Source: Amoebophrya sp. A120
Lineage: Eukaryota > Protista > Dinoflagellata
Direction: 5' to 3'
Length of the DNA: 64,000 nt
NCBI GenBank assembly: GCA_905178155.1
Contig: CAJINV010000014.1
Span: 2,358,247 to 2,422,246 of the forward strand
This document shows, in pieces, positions 25,536 through 40,500 of the stretch (its first letter is position 1; every line of letters starts with the position of its first letter). The notes under the pieces are model-generated. The model searched no databases. It was not told the DNA's origin and saw nothing but the letters and a program-made list of their open reading frames with translations. Made by a program: the position numbers and the translations under genes.

Positions 25536-28500
25536 TTACACAGATTCCGTGTCCAAGCTTCCCTTTTCCTGCTCACTCTCCCCCTCGCCAGCTTCTATCT
25601 GCTGCTCCTCCTCCTCCTCCGCCTCTTCTTCTTCGTGCTCATGCTCACCCTCATCCAGCACCCCGCCGTCTCCTGGAACAACATCATCCGCAGCTGCCTC
25701 CACCTCTACCACCGCAGAAGTACTACCAGCCCCGGGTTGCGGCACCACAGCCCCCCGCCCACTCGGGCTCGCCGCTCCGGTGGAAACGGACGTGACAGAT
25801 ATTCTCTGCACGTTCGGCATCGCGGTAATCAACACCGGATCCGGGAGAGGCTGTGCCACGATTGCGACACCACCCTTAGGGGATTTAATCCCGCCCGGCG
25901 GGACCTCGACTTCCTCCGGCTCTTCCTCCTTCTTCTCCTCTTCCGCATCCTCTTCGGCGGCTACCTTTTTGCCCCAGGGCATCTTCGCGGACAGGGGCGA
26001 GCTGTTCGCCAGCGCCTCGGCGGCCCGGGCGGACCACTCCTCGTGCTTGGCGAGAATGGCGTCGTCCATGTCAAAGATGTTGATCAACCCGAAGGGTCGC
26101 ACGAACTTCTGCCACAACCCCAGAATGGCCGCGAAAATCGCGGTGTAACCGGCCAGGGCGCCGATCAGAGCGAGTAACCCCGCGAGGGACATTATCCTGA
26201 GTAAAAACGTACCCACACCAGAGTTGTGATGCAAATCTGCATGCCAAAAAAGTTTGTCATGCGGAGCGCCACGAGAGGCATTTTCTCGCCATCTTTTGGA
26301 ACTTGTGATGCTATAATCTGCATGATATGCTAGATCTCTGATGCTGCTGAACTCCTACCGAAACAGGATTACACTACGAGGAGAAATTCGTCATGCCAAA
26401 TGACCAAAGCTGGCTGATTTGTCTAGCAGAGTTCCCATCTTGACTCTGGTCGTGTGGGGACGTTTTTACAAATGATAGACATGTTGGGGATTTCTTTAAA
26501 CCGGATCGACGCGTGGTCGATTTCGAAAACCAGCCTGACCGAGCATTTCGACTTCATGGTGTGGTCCGCCTGGCCGTACGAGATGTCAAGCGCGCCAATG
26601 TTGGACACCCACCGGTCCAGGATGATAGAACCGTCATACTTGTGCTCCAGATAGATCGGGGAGACGGACCAAACCTGAAGGAATTGTTCGTTTCAATTTG
26701 TATGTTTTCGTTTTGTCCATTTGCGGATCATCTTGGTTCAAATTGCCAATCGAAAATCGGTTCTGACGTCTTGCATGTCATGCGTTCTTCAAAAAGATTT
26801 TTCCGGGACCGTAACAGCTGCTTCCACTTATCCACATGAAACAGATGATGAACTACTATTCTATACCAGCCTAATTTGGATCGCTCTTTGCGGCAGAATC
26901 GCGATCCTGCCGTCCTCGGAGCTGGTCAACCCGCGTAAAGCTGCCGACAAGTCAATCGTCTGCGACTCCAAATTTGTGAACAACTTCTCCAGCTTCTCAT
27001 CGTGATCACTAGGCGGCCAGTACTCCGGCTCCGTGTTCTCTAACACATCCTTCGTCTTCTCGCGGTCGACCGTCATGTGAATCGAGGGCAGAAACATGGG
27101 AGCGTTGGCCGGAATGCCCTGCGCGCACCCATTTACCGTGTTCATGCACTTCGCTTTCCCCCTGACGATATGGATTGCAAAAGTGTCTGGGTCTGGAAGA
27201 GTGCAGGAGTTTGTCATGCATATTTTGCATGCCCCATGAGGTCTGTGATGCATGCCCTAGCATCAGAGATTTTGCGAGGGCTTTCTGATGCTCATACCGC
27301 ATGAGAAATGCCCTCTCCGCGTGCCACAAATCATACCTCTTTTGCTGTTCATGCAATACAGATTTTATGTAGAGTCCAAAGGTAGCATCACAAGTTCCAA
27401 TCTTCCAGACCCAGACATTTTTGCAATTCATATACGAGGGGCTCCGCGGCCCAGAGCCGCATCTGCCCGTCCACGTAATCGGTTATGGCGTTCTCAAATG
27501 TTACACTCTCAACTGTTACATGAATTTCTAATGCAAGAATGGGAAAAGTGAAAGGGGGGAAGTTGCGCCTTTTGCATTACAGGTTTGGCGCAGATTCTAA
27601 TGCTATCTAGCGCGTCAAAAACTTGTCATGCGAAGAAGGCCTGATCGTGTGAAGAATGTTAGCGCTTTTGCATGACAAATCATGTAACAGTTGAGAATGT
27701 AACGTTTGAGAACCCCATATCGGTGGACCCGGACATGTAGGCCTTTTCCACGTCGAGAAACTTCTTGTCGAACGTCAAAGAGAAGATGGTTTCCAAATCC
27801 AGCCCCCACTCCGGTTTGGTCGACGCGAACCCTGCGTCCCCCCGCTCCTCGGGCAATCGCCAGTGCCCCGTAAGGGGGCCTTTGATCTCGTATTGGAAGG
27901 TGTTGGTGGGCAGGAACTCCTCCAGGTAGAACATCCGGTACTTTCCCTCCGAAATGTCCTTCATGTTCTTCGCAGACAGAGCCATGTTGTTCTTCCCGCC
28001 GGCCTGAAGCTTTCTCCGACCACCACCACCACCGGCACCACCACCACCTCCGCTGGTGCCGTTGACAAACGTGAAGGGGGTGTTTTGGCAGTTCATCGTG
28101 CGAAAGTTGTCGCTGTGTTCAAACGTCCAGGAGGCCCAGCCGCCGCCTTCCACGGACCGATCTTGGGAATAGATGTTGACCAGCTTTTCGTTCGCCACGA
28201 TCCGGTTCGGACAGAGGGGCAGAGCGCCATTGGCTTGTTGAATCTGGACCCTCTTCGGCATGACGAAGAGCCCCACCTCGACTATGGGGTTCTCAAGCGT
28301 TACATTCTCAACTGTTACATGATTTGTCATGCAAAATGACTATTACCCTCCAGACGATCAAGCTGCTTTGCATGACAAATTCTCGGAGGGCTAAATAGCA
28401 CTGAAATCCGCACCAAACCTGTAATGCAAGACGCGCAAGGTTCTCCCTCTCGCCTGTGCTAGTGTTGCATTACAAATTCATGTAACGGTTGAGAATGTAA

Positions 28501-31500
28501 CGTTTGAGAACGCCATATCGACCTCGAGCACGTTCGGCGAAGTGAAAGTCTCCGTCATATCAAAGAAAAAAAGTTCGTCACGATCACTCATGCGCATTCT
28601 TGCAATACAAAATTGTTTGTCATGCGTAAAAATGCATCACAGCCAAACTTTATTAGGGATTTCCCTAGTGTTTCTGCAACACAAGGAAAGTTTGTGATGC
28701 TGAGAAAATTTGTAATGCAAAACCTGCAAGTTAGTGACTGTGACAAACTTTTTTCTCTCCATACGTCACGGTTTCCTTGTAGCGGTCTTTCGGGAGGTAA
28801 ACGGAGGACTTGTCGCGGAAAAGATTCACCGCGGTAATGGTTTGGACCACATAGGAAATTACCTGAATGAGAAGCGTTTTGGTGCTAGCGATTTGCCTCT
28901 GATACAACAAGGCAAATACATGCAGACGAGAGCGCGAGCGAGACAGCGAAGTGGTCGCTCCAATATGACATATTTTTGTTTTAGAACAAGCATCACTCGT
29001 AACATGTCAGCACTAGTAGTACCTTCTTTGCCGGCATTTTCTGCGCCACGCTCGCCGCAAACGCGGACACGGCTTCCGCGACCGTATCGGCTCCGGAGAC
29101 CACCTTTGTAGTGTGCACTTTGTCGTAGAACCCCAAATCCGTGAGTTGCTGTTGCGACAACGACGGCAGTGCGCACTGCGGCACCTGGTCGATCTTCGCG
29201 TTTGGGGGCCACTTCGTGTTGTCCGACCAGTCTAGCGTCCCGGCCGGGCAGGTAATGGTCGTCGTACGCGTGGTCGCGTTGCTGCTGTTACTGCTGTTGG
29301 TACTACTCGTCAGTTGCCGTCTCCGCTCCCCCGTTAACTCGTCCACGTACCATTGGCTATTTTCTTCCTGTTCGGAGAAGATCAAAAACCGCCTTTCGTA
29401 TTCCTCGCTCCCGGGTAGCGCGGTGGCGAAATCCAAAGGGTCGTTCTGGACGGTGTTCGCCCCGGCACTGTACAGCTCCTCCGTCAGTTCCCCGTTTTGC
29501 CCATACAGATTCATGATGGATCCGCCTTCAGGAAGAATCATGTGACTGTACTGCTCCCGTAAGACGTCATTCGGGTGCTTTTCCTTAATTGCTCCTGCAG
29601 CCGAAGAAGTCCCGTCGAATGGTGCAGAACTATCCTCATTGTCGCCTTCCATCTTTTTTCTGTCCTCGAATTCCTTGACTGCGGACAGGTGATCCGACCC
29701 CCGGATCGCGTCGAGTCTCCTCCATTCCAGCGCCTCCGGGGAAATCTCGTGGTAGTCTGGGATGTCTTCCTGCAGCTTGCGGATCGAGTGCTCGCTGTGG
29801 CCGTGGATCTTCATCAGTTTGATCCAGTCCTCGTCGTTAAAGACGTCGTTTTTCAGCGTCTCCGCCATGGTCGACGCGTCCATTGAGTGCGGCGTGGATT
29901 GTAATCTGTCTCGGGTAACCACCTCGTGCATCCAGGGGAATTTTTCCTTCAATCGCAAAAAGATCATCTCCTCCTCTTCCGACATGTAGTGCGGCTCTAA
30001 TAATCGTCTTCTCCTCTCTTCGGATGTTTCCTCTTCCATCTTTTTCTGCTGTTCTAGGAATCTTTTGTTCGTTTCTTTCTTCGCTTCTCTCCTCTCCTTC
30101 CGGAGGTTTTCAAAATAAGCGATCTTTTCGTTCAACAACTCCGCTTCCTTTTTGTAATCCTCCTTCTCCTTATCTGTCCACTCCTTCTTTCTTGCCTTTT
30201 CCAGCAGCCCACTATCGGTCAAGCTGGCCTTCAGCCGGATCGCCTGGCCGATGGATTCTAGATCCTTCCGGTATTTGAAATTGTTTTCCGATACGCGGCG
30301 CGTCGTCCTGGGCCACATGGAGGTTGCGCCGTAGCCGGAAGAGTAGCTGGGCCCCATCATGCCAGGCATATTGGTCGAGGTTTCGTAGTAATTATTGTTG
30401 TCATTCCAGCTTCCGTGACCGCTGGCCATCCCATCATCGGGCGGGCCGGTCGTGCCGTACATGTTGTCATCGTTCCAAGTTCCGTGGTTGTTGGTCGTCC
30501 CACTTCCGGTTGACATACCAGGCATCGGGGTCTTCCAGTTCGGCGTGTGGACCGGTGGGCTGGTGCTAGCGTGGTCCCAGTTTCCCGTGTTTCCCGTGCT
30601 GGGTGGCGATGTCGTGTGCATCGGATCTGTCGTGCCGTAGGTCGGCTGGTAGTAGCCGGGCCGCGACGTGGTCTGCTGGTAGGGATCGTAGTACGGATCG
30701 TGCTGACCGCCATACGGGTCATAGGGGTCGTGCTGCCCGCCGTACGGGTCATAGGGGTCGTGGTAACCACCATACGGGTCGTGCATGTCCACGTCGTTGT
30801 ACCCCGCGACCGTCATCCCCGCATCTTGCATCATGTCCATGGCCATCAGCATGGCCGGATCCACATACCCGCTTCCCGACCCCGTGGCGGACCCCATCTG
30901 CGTCACCATGGCCGCCATGGCGTTGGTGTCCGGCATTTTCGTTTCCGTCTTGACCGCCACCGTTACCGCGGTGGCGGCGATCGCAATAGTTCCCACGAAT
31001 CTCAACTCGTTCTGCAGGTTCTTCAGCAAGTTGGCCGAGGACACCGTGGCCATTTGCGTTCCGAAGTTGTCGGCCTCCTGTTTGTCCTTCTTCGCAATCT
31101 CGAAATCGACCTGGACGGAGGTCGCGGCGAGTCGCCGTTTCGCCGCGTTTTTGTGGTGGTGGTAGGGCTTTTGCTCCCGGAAGGGGACTTTGCGCTCCTT
31201 GTTTTTCTCTTTCAGCATCTCCAACTCGCGCCTGCTATATCAAATGTAAAAGTGTCTGGGTCTGGAAGAATGCAACTTGTCATGCTAAATCTGAAGCATG
31301 CAAAAATCTGTGTTGCATGATTACCAAAAGTCGTCCAGTTTTGACCAAGTCGGGAGGGAGTTTCTCATGCAGGATAGGCATGAGAGAGATTGCGCAGAAT
31401 CTGTCATGCTAGGTCCTGCATTCCAGGCTTCATGGGTCATGGAAAAGCTGCATGACAAACCGCGCATTCTTCCAGACCCAGACATTTTTACATTTGATAT

Positions 31501-34500
31501 GCTAGATCCGACCACGAAGTTCTTGATCTCCACCTCGTACGGTGCGACGGAATACGTATCGGCCAGGGCGATATGGAATGCAAAGAGGTCTGGGTCTGGA
31601 AGAGTCATGCTGTTTTTGCATGACACAGAAGGTCTGGCATGGATGCTCTAGCATCACAGGTTTCGAGAAGCTTCCGCATCCGCAATGCCGAATCCGCATG
31701 ACAAATCACCCACTTTGGTGACAGAAAGTGGGCAGCTTTTGCTACCTATGCATGAGAGATTTTTCTGCGTTCTGAAATGCGCATCGCAAGTTTGTATTCT
31801 TCCAGACCCAGACATATTTGCAATCCATAGGCGAACCGAAAGGAGTCCACCACTTCTGGATCATCCAACAACTGCGCTCCGGTGGTTCCGGCCGGCAAGT
31901 CCATCGCCAGCGTCACATTCGCCTTCACCACTGGCGTGGTCTGCACCGTTTGCCCGCCGAAACTCACCTTCCCGCCGGTACAGTGTATGGGACTCTCAAA
32001 CGTTACACTCTCAACTGTTACATGAAATTTGTATTGTAATGCAAGAATGGCAAAAGTGAAAGGGAAAACATTGCGCCTTTTGCATTACAGGTGTGGAGCA
32101 GATTATAATGCTATCTAGCGCATCGAGAAGTTGTCATGCGGAGAAGGCTTGATCGTGTTAAGAGTGGTAGTGTTTTTGCATGACAAATCATGTAACAGTT
32201 GAGAATGTAACATTTGAGAACGCCATACAGTGGGGCGGCGGGTTTTCGGAGTAGCACATGGGGTCCACGGACTCCGCGTTTATGCATTGCAAAAGCATCG
32301 CTCTCGTACTAATTGCAGATATGCATGACAAATCGCCTTTCTTAGCATTAGCTACAACAGCATTACAAATTCCATTTGTAATGCTAAGCTAATCATTATT
32401 TGCAATGCAATTTATACTAGTACGATGCTTTTGCACAGGATAGCGTTTTCCAACAGCAAATGCATCATGTCGTGGGACTGTTCCATGATCGCGGTGTCCA
32501 CGTACAGTTTCGCTTTTTCCAACGCTTTGGATTGGTACGCCGCGGCGGTGGACTCGGACACGCCCAGGGTTTCCACCTGCGTCTGTCGTATTTAAAAACA
32601 TCCCCACCCCATGATTGTAATGCAAATCTGCATGCTGAGAGTGTTTTTCATGCGGAGCCCAATCAGAAGCGTTTTCTATTCGCGTTTTGAAATTTGTCAC
32701 GCTCCAATCAGCATGGTATGCTGGATCTTTGATGCTGCTGAACTACCTCAAACACCACCACACTACGAGTCCAAATTTGTCATGCAAAACATCCAAAACT
32801 TGTGGATTTGTCTAGCCGATTCCCCATCTTGACTATGGGGTGGGGACGTTTTTACATAGGATAGCGTCCCGACCTCCCGGTTCTTTTGCAGAGGCGAGTC
32901 GATCTCGATCACCTCCCACAGGTACTTCAAGTGCTCCGGCGCTTTCAGCATGGTCCCGTTGAAGGAGCCATCCGCGGACTGGTACGCGTTTTGGGGGATG
33001 GAGGTTGGAATGCCGGTCAGATACTGGCAATACGCGTACTTTGCCGGCTGCGACTTCACCTGCCCACACGTCGGCGGGAGCTCGCCCTCGGCGAGTTCCG
33101 GCACCTTCACCACCCGGTCGTTGCCGAACGGGCAGTTGATGTTCACCTGCACGGTCACTTCCGGGTTGTCCAGCACCGTTTCCACGTACTGTTGCGGAAT
33201 CCCCCGGTCCCCCATGCAATCCCAATCCACCCGGCCGCAGTTACAGTCACACACCCCGTCCGACCACTGCTCCGGCGAGCACGTCCAGCTGGTCACCTGG
33301 TCGTCGCCGAGCTCCCCCGTGTTCGGATCAATAATCGGGAACAGCCACTGGTAGGCGCGCTTGATGGTCCGCACCTCCATCGGCGTCGTCTTCGTCTGGT
33401 CGGAACTGGAGGCCCGGATCAGAATCCGCATGTTGCTGTTTTTCGGCACTTTTTCCGTGTCGGAGAAGCCCCCGGCGTTGACCACCAGTAGCCCATCGTG
33501 TAACCCGTCGCAGAAAATACTGGAGCGACCGGTGGTGGTGTAATCGGTCCCGTCGATCGAAACCCCCGGCTTGCCGGTGGAGCTGTAGTCGCACCAGGGC
33601 CGCTCCTTCATGATCTCCGCCTTCGCGGGGTCGGTGCCAAACTGCACACGGAGCGGGGTTTCGTCGAAGTTTTCCTCGAAATAAGGCTTGCCCGTGGGAC
33701 TGTAGTCGAGGTTGAGAATGTCGTTGATCAGCGGCGACAGAGTTTTCAGTTTAGCCTTGAAATCGTCCTTCCACTTCGTCAGCGCCGCCTTCTCCGCGAG
33801 CAGCGTCGCGTTTACGGAGGTCCGCTCGATTTCGAAAACAACGCGGAGCGTGTGGATGCCGTCCGGAGTCAATTGGCGCGGGAGGGCGAATGAGGACTCC
33901 TCGCTTTCGCTAGAAGTAGTGGTAGATGAAGAAAGTGCGGTTTGCTTCGCAGCTACAACCTCCGGGTTCATCTTATCTACTTTCACGTCTTTCTCCAGCG
34001 AGCTTCGTTTAGTTTTCGCATGCTCAGCATTGAACTCCGCCTCCTCGCCAGCCTTCAATTTTCCGCCCGGGCTTCCTTCGACCTCCGCGCCCAATTTTCG
34101 GATATGCGCCGAAATCCGCCGCATGTCTTTCCCAATCTCGTCGATCTCGGCTTCCAAACTTCTGCGGTATGCGACCTCGTCCGTGGCCGCGAAGTGCAGC
34201 TTCCGCGCGAGTTGCTTCCGCTTCTGTCGTGCGGATTCCAACTGCCGTTGCCGGTAGTAGGGCATGCCCATGCCCATCATCATAGGGTCATACATCCCCC
34301 CACCTCCCATCATTGGGTCATACATGCCGCTGGGTATGCGAAGGAAAAGCTTTGCGGGTTTCACCCTGAACAATTAATTTGCGGCTTTTGCACATGCAGC
34401 AGAAACAGAAACAGTGAGCAGATTACAGATAGAAGTAAAAGTATACATGGGCTCACTCACATTTGGATGTCGAACTTCTTGTAAAAAAAGTTCAAGGGAG

Positions 34501-37500
34501 CGTTTCTGCCATTACAAATTGACAGTGATATCGCAACTGCTTTTCCCCAGCATACCCGCACCAGGGCCCATCCCGTAGGGGTCTTCCTCCATCATCCACG
34601 GGTCTGGCTCATCGTTAAATCCGCCATGCATCATCGCGTAGGGATCTTCGCCCGCGGCCACGGAAATCATCTGCCCTGTCATTGGGTCATACACCATCCC
34701 CGCGCCAAATTCCATGGTATCCGCGAAGGCCTCGAACCGGATGCTCCCAACGTCAATCCCCGATACGCTGGACTCGGTGCAAGCGTGGACAAACGCCTGC
34801 TTCGAATGCAACTGGAACTGCGCGTTGCTCGCGATTGCGCCGGGGGGCTGGTGCACGTTCTGCGCTTTAATTTTCACCTGCAGCTCGGAGAAGTAGTTGT
34901 AACGGGTGGTGGAGCTCGTTTGGAGGTGCCGCTGTGGGGCGGCGACCGTGATAGGAGATGAGGGTTTAGGAGTTTGCTCTTTGTTCTTCTCTACTGCGGC
35001 TCTTTCTGTAGATTTTTCCTCCTCCAGCCGGCGCGCCCCGTCTCCGTCGAAGAGATTGTTCATCTCGAGAATCTCGAAGCAGTCGCTTGGACACTGGATC
35101 TGCGGGAACATCGGATCGTACGGGACGGTCAGATAATTTTGGGCCCAGAACACCTCCCGCATCGCCGTGTTGAAGTTGGGGTCCGTTTGTTCCCGGAACT
35201 TCTTCTGGATTCGGTACTTGAACCCGTTCGGGCCCATGTAGGGGTCCGCGGGGGTGCCGGAGCAGGCCATCGTGGGGGGCCACTGCCCGTTGCAGCTACC
35301 CGGATCCAGAAACTCGCGCTTCAGCAAAAACTCGATTTCCGCCCACCGCCGGATGGAGAGGTGCACCGCGATTTCCGTCTCCCGATTCATATTGTCCGGG
35401 GCCGGCCAGCCCGGAAACGGAATCCCCGAAGGGAAATTGCCGATCCGGACCGAGACAATGTCGTCGTGCTGGGAATCGGTGCTCGAGGTCTGCAGCCCAA
35501 GCCCAAAGGTGAAGGCGGTCCTGAAGGCATCGCTCAACGCCCCCCAACTCGCCAGGCCGACGTTTTGGCCCGAGCTGGTCCGTCCGCCGTTGTTCAAGTC
35601 CCAGTTCTGGCTGTGCGACATCATCATTCCATTGCTCCACGGGGCGGTTTTCAGCTTCACCAGAAACGTATAGACGCGCGACGTCATCGCGGCCGGGATC
35701 AGGCAGGGGTTGTTGAACGGTGTCACGTAGAACGACGTGAAGCAGTTCGTTTCACCAGGCACGGAATTCAGGTTCGAGTCCTGAAACAGCAAATTCCTTG
35801 CTGGGCTCGTCATCTGCAGGTCGTTGCCCCCGGCGCCCGCGGTTTGCGTGTCCGTTTCTAGGTAATTGTAGATGGACGTGTCCGGGGAGAGGTTCGCCAC
35901 GTACTGCCGCGCCAGCGTCCCCTTCACCCCGGCCGGGGAGAGCCCCTTCGGGAACCCGCCCACGTCCAGCCGCTGCCGCTTCGCGGTTTTCATGGCACTC
36001 GCGCTGTTGGCAGAAGTCGTTGCGGTCGTTGTGTTCGTGGTCTGGAGTTGCCGTTTTTGCTGCTCGGTCACCTTCTCCCCGTTCAACTCTCGAAGTTGCA
36101 ATCTTCTGAGCTTCATCTCCCGCGGCGAAAGCTTGTTCGCGTCGAGCTCCGCGGAGCTTTGTTCGGCGCTCTGACTGCTCAGGTTTTCCTCCGCAGAGGC
36201 GAGAATATCTTCCAAGGATCGGGTGTCACGACGAACAACGGTGGACTGCTCGTGTTGCTGAATCGCATCGTTTACAGATGCAGCCTCTCGTCCGCCAAGA
36301 CCACCGCCCGCACTCGACGTTCCGAGTTTCCGCAGAGCCCGCCGAGAGGTCGAGCTGGAGGTGGTGGCCGCCCGTGCAGTTTCCTGCGTCACCGTCGATC
36401 CCGAGCGGATTACCACCTCGGAACTGTCGATCTGTAACCGGAACGGCCCGGTTTCCGAGAAGGTTTGCTTCGGATCGTCCAACTGCATCACCATGTCTTG
36501 GTAGTCCCCCGTCATGCTACTGACCATCTTGGCGCTCGCGAAGTGCTTGTTCCGAAACTGGTTGCCGGTGGCCTTCAGGTGCAGCAGCTGCGTCTTCGTC
36601 TTTGAGTCCAGCGTCTCGGACGCGACCGCTGTCGCCAGCTCGTGGATGCCCTGCCCGAGGTTCAGTTCGATCGTGTAATTCTGCTCCGTGATGTTCTTCA
36701 CCGGAAATCCCGCTTTCGGCCCGATCTCCGCCTTCACAATGCGGTAATAGTTGATGGTGTCCGCCACCGTCACGTTGCCCGTCGTGCCGTAGGTGCGAAT
36801 CGTGTTCGCGTCCTGCTGGAGCACTTCCGACGCGGGGATGTCCCCCTCGGGGCGGTACTGACAGACGTACTCGTTCTTCTCGTTCTTGTTCGTCGCCCCG
36901 CTGTACAGCGTGTCGTGCGGGCAGGCCTTGCACTCGGACCCACCAACCGCTTCAAATTCCGACTTCTCCCCGATGTACCCGTACAACGACACCTCGCCCG
37001 GCATGGTGAGCGCGTAGCAGGGCTCCGACACCGCCACCTCCGCGACCCGCGGGTTGTAGACCGGAAACGTGCACCTCCCCAGCGGCGAGCAGATCTCCGA
37101 ACTCGCGCAGTACAGCACCGGCAGCGTCCCCGCCAAGCAGTCCGGGTCCGTCATACCGCAATTGCAGTCGCAAAATTCGCCGTCCATGTACCGATTCGGG
37201 GGGCAGACCCACAGCTCCGGGTTCGAGACCGCCGGGTAGTCCGTTGGCCGGTCGGTCTTGAAATTCAGCCGCGTGGAGCCGATGGACGTGCTATGGCGTT
37301 CTCAAATTGTACATTCTCAGCTGTTACATAAATCCGCAATGCAAGAATCGCAAAAGTGAAAGGGGGAAGGTTGCGCCTTCTGCATTACAGGTTTGGATGG
37401 AGCAGATTGCAATGCTATCTAGCGCGCCGAGAACTTGTCATGCTCATGCGCAGAGGGCTTGGAATGGTGAAAGGTGATGGCATTTTTGCATGACAAATTC

Positions 37501-40500
37501 ATGTCACATTTGAGAATGTAACGTTTGAGAACCCCCTACGTGCCGCGGGTGACTTTTAGCGTTTTGGAATCCGAGGCCGCGGTCACCAGCATGCGCTCCA
37601 CCCCCATGTCACCCGTCACGGTGATGTAGAAGGGAAAAGGCACCGTCCAGATGTAGACGGGGGACTTTAAGGTCAAGGTTTTGTCCGTCTTATCAACTGC
37701 AAAAGTATTGTATCGTACTCGTATAAATGCATTACAAATTTTCTTAGCATGAGAAATAAAATTTGTAATGCGGATTTGACTTGACAAGAAAATTTGTAAT
37801 GCATGACTGCAGTACGAATACGATACTTTTGCACAGGATACGTCTTCGTGGGTTTGTTCGCCTTCACGTAGGCCGTGTTGAAGAACGCGTCCCGCTTCTA
37901 TCCTATGTAAAAACGTACCCACCCCAGAGTTGTCATGCAAATCTGCATGCTGAAAATGTTTCTCATGCGGAGCCCGATGAGAAGCATTGCCCAGTCGTGT
38001 TCTGGAATTTGTCATGCTCCAATTAGAATGATATACTAGATCTGTGATACTGCTGAGCTAGCTCAAACGGCACTACACTACGAGTCCAAATTTGTCATGC
38101 AAAACAGCCACAACTTGTGGATTTGTCTAGCCGAGTCCCCATCTTGACTATGGGGTGGGGACGTTTTTACATAGGATAGCTTCCCGTCGCAAATCATCGT
38201 GTCGGCGGAGTACTGGAAGTTGTTCACGTAGCTCGCGAACAGCATCCAGTCCACCAGGTCGATCGGGACCTGGGACCGCGCCATGTTGGCCGTGTTGTTG
38301 GACAGAGACAGACTGTCGTTGTACCCCGTGTTGATTCCGTACACGGTTCGCAGACGCCGCTCCACGTTTACGCGGTACTTGCCCCAGGCGGTGGACTGCA
38401 TGAACGCCTTCGCGTTCGCGGTCGTCCAGTTCGACGTGATGATCATCATGTTGTCCATGCTGGTGCGGCGTCTCCAGGTCCCGGACTCGGTGTTCGTGTA
38501 GTGCGACACCGCTATGGAGCTCTCAAACGTTACATTCTCAACTGTTACATGATTTGTCATGCAAAATCACAATTAGAATTGATACGATCAAGCTGCTCCG
38601 CATGACAAATTCTCGAAGAGCCAAACAGGCTGAGAATCTGTGCCAAATCTGTCATGCTAGACGCGCAATGTCACCCCTTTGACTTTTGCCGTTCTTGCAT
38701 CACAAATTCATGTAACAATTGAGAATGTAACGTTTGAGAACGCCATAACCGCCCAGGAAAAGTTCGAACTCGCCAACGTGTCCATCGCTTTTCCGGAAGT
38801 GGTTTTCTGGTACTCGTATCCAAGAAAAAAACGTTGTTAGTGTAAATTTGTGATGCTAAAACAACCGCACCGACATTGCCATTTGTGATGCGCAGCATGC
38901 AACTTGATTGCGTCTGTCATGCTGTGCCTGCATTGTGGGGTCCATCCAAGGGCGTTTTCGCGTACTATCTGCGCATGACAGGTTTTTGCTGTCATGCGAG
39001 AGATATTTGTAATGCTAATCCTCCAAGAATAAAGTTACACCTACAATCTTTTTTTCTTGGATAACTCGCGCGAATGTTTCAGTAAACTCGGCCGCAGCGC
39101 CTCGTACTGGTACTTCGCGACCACGCCTGCTTGGAACTGGCAGGACTTCACGTTGCGCAGTTGCTTGCGGTCGAAACGCACAAAGGCGGCGACATCGTGG
39201 TCAAAGAAGGTTTTCACCGAGGGAAGCAGACCGAGATCACTGTACGCGTAGCGCAAAGCTATGGCGTTCTCAACTGTTACATTCTCAACTGTTACATGGA
39301 TTTGTGATGCAAGAATGACAAAAGAGCAAGGCGGAAGATTGCGCCTTTTGCATTAAATTTACAAGTTTGGTGCAGATTATAATGCTATCTAGTGCGTCAA
39401 GAAGTTGTCATGCGAAGCAGCTTGATCCTGTAGATGTGTATTGTAGTTTTGCATTACAAATCCATGTAACAGTTGAGAATGTAACGTTTGAGAACCTCAT
39501 AAAAGACTCGTCGTAGTTGTGGGTGTCGGACGTGACCGCCATTTCCCGGATGAACCTTGTCATGTTTGGATACGGAGAGTCCATGTCTGATCCCCCCGCC
39601 GGGTAGCTGTTGAAGATGATCGGGACCTTCTCCTGCGCCCCGAACGCCACCGGGATTTCGTCCTGCGCGGACGTCCCGCCAAAGTGCATTGTCATGAGGA
39701 AAAATCCCCTCTCCCCACATTGCAACGGCATGCCCTTGAAAATTTGCGATGCTGATCTGTGACCACAAATCGTGCCTGTCTTGCATAAGGGCAACCCCAC
39801 GGAGTCCGCCGCATTGCGGAGGCGGTTAGTGATGCTGCTGGGCCTACGGCGTAGGCGTTCTCATGCTAGGCGCCTACGTCAAAACCTCTCTGGTGCTGAG
39901 GCTTGGTATATCCCTGCAGTCCTCTACTGCAAGACAAGTATGATTTGTGTACGCAAATCCAGCATCAGAAACTTCGTTTCAATATGGGGAGGGGGAGTTT
40001 TTGCTCGTGATATGCATCCCCGTGTTGTCGCGCCACTCGATCTTCGCGAGCGAGGTCTGGGAGTCCGCTTCGTAGAACTCGATGTTTTGCACCCAGTGGA
40101 GGTGATGCAACACAAAAGCATATCGCACTTGCACTAGCTAAAATCGCATGACAAAGTACTTGTATTTTTCGAAAAGAAAAACAGTAACAGAGTTTTCAAT
40201 GCTGATTCAGGTAGAAGACAAAATCTCTCATGCAAGCCTGCAGAAGTAATTCATGCGAATGAAGTACGATACTTTTACAGTGGATAGAAATTGGTCACGG
40301 GCAGATCCCACTGAGGCGGTTCCGCCGGCGTCATCCAGTCGCCCAGGTACTTCTCGTTGTATTCGCAATCCGAGATATGGAAGCGTCAGGATCGAGATCG
40401 TCAAAGTTGAAATGATTTGTCATGCATAAAATGCATGACACGAAATGCGTGTGTTGCAGAGCAGGCAAGTGAGGCCGATTGTAAGCCTGTTTGGGGTTAC

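Noticed and set aside
25297-37331. Long plus-strand ORFs (e.g. 25297-26148, 34974-35861, 36642-37331)
   Set aside because: Antisense shadows of GC3-rich minus-strand exons.
27680-39800. Recurrent peptides (MTNHVTVENVT, FSNVTFSTVT, LPDPDIFAIH, LSYVKTSPPHSQ) as protein repeats
   Set aside because: They are read-through translations of introner TIRs in the ORF track.
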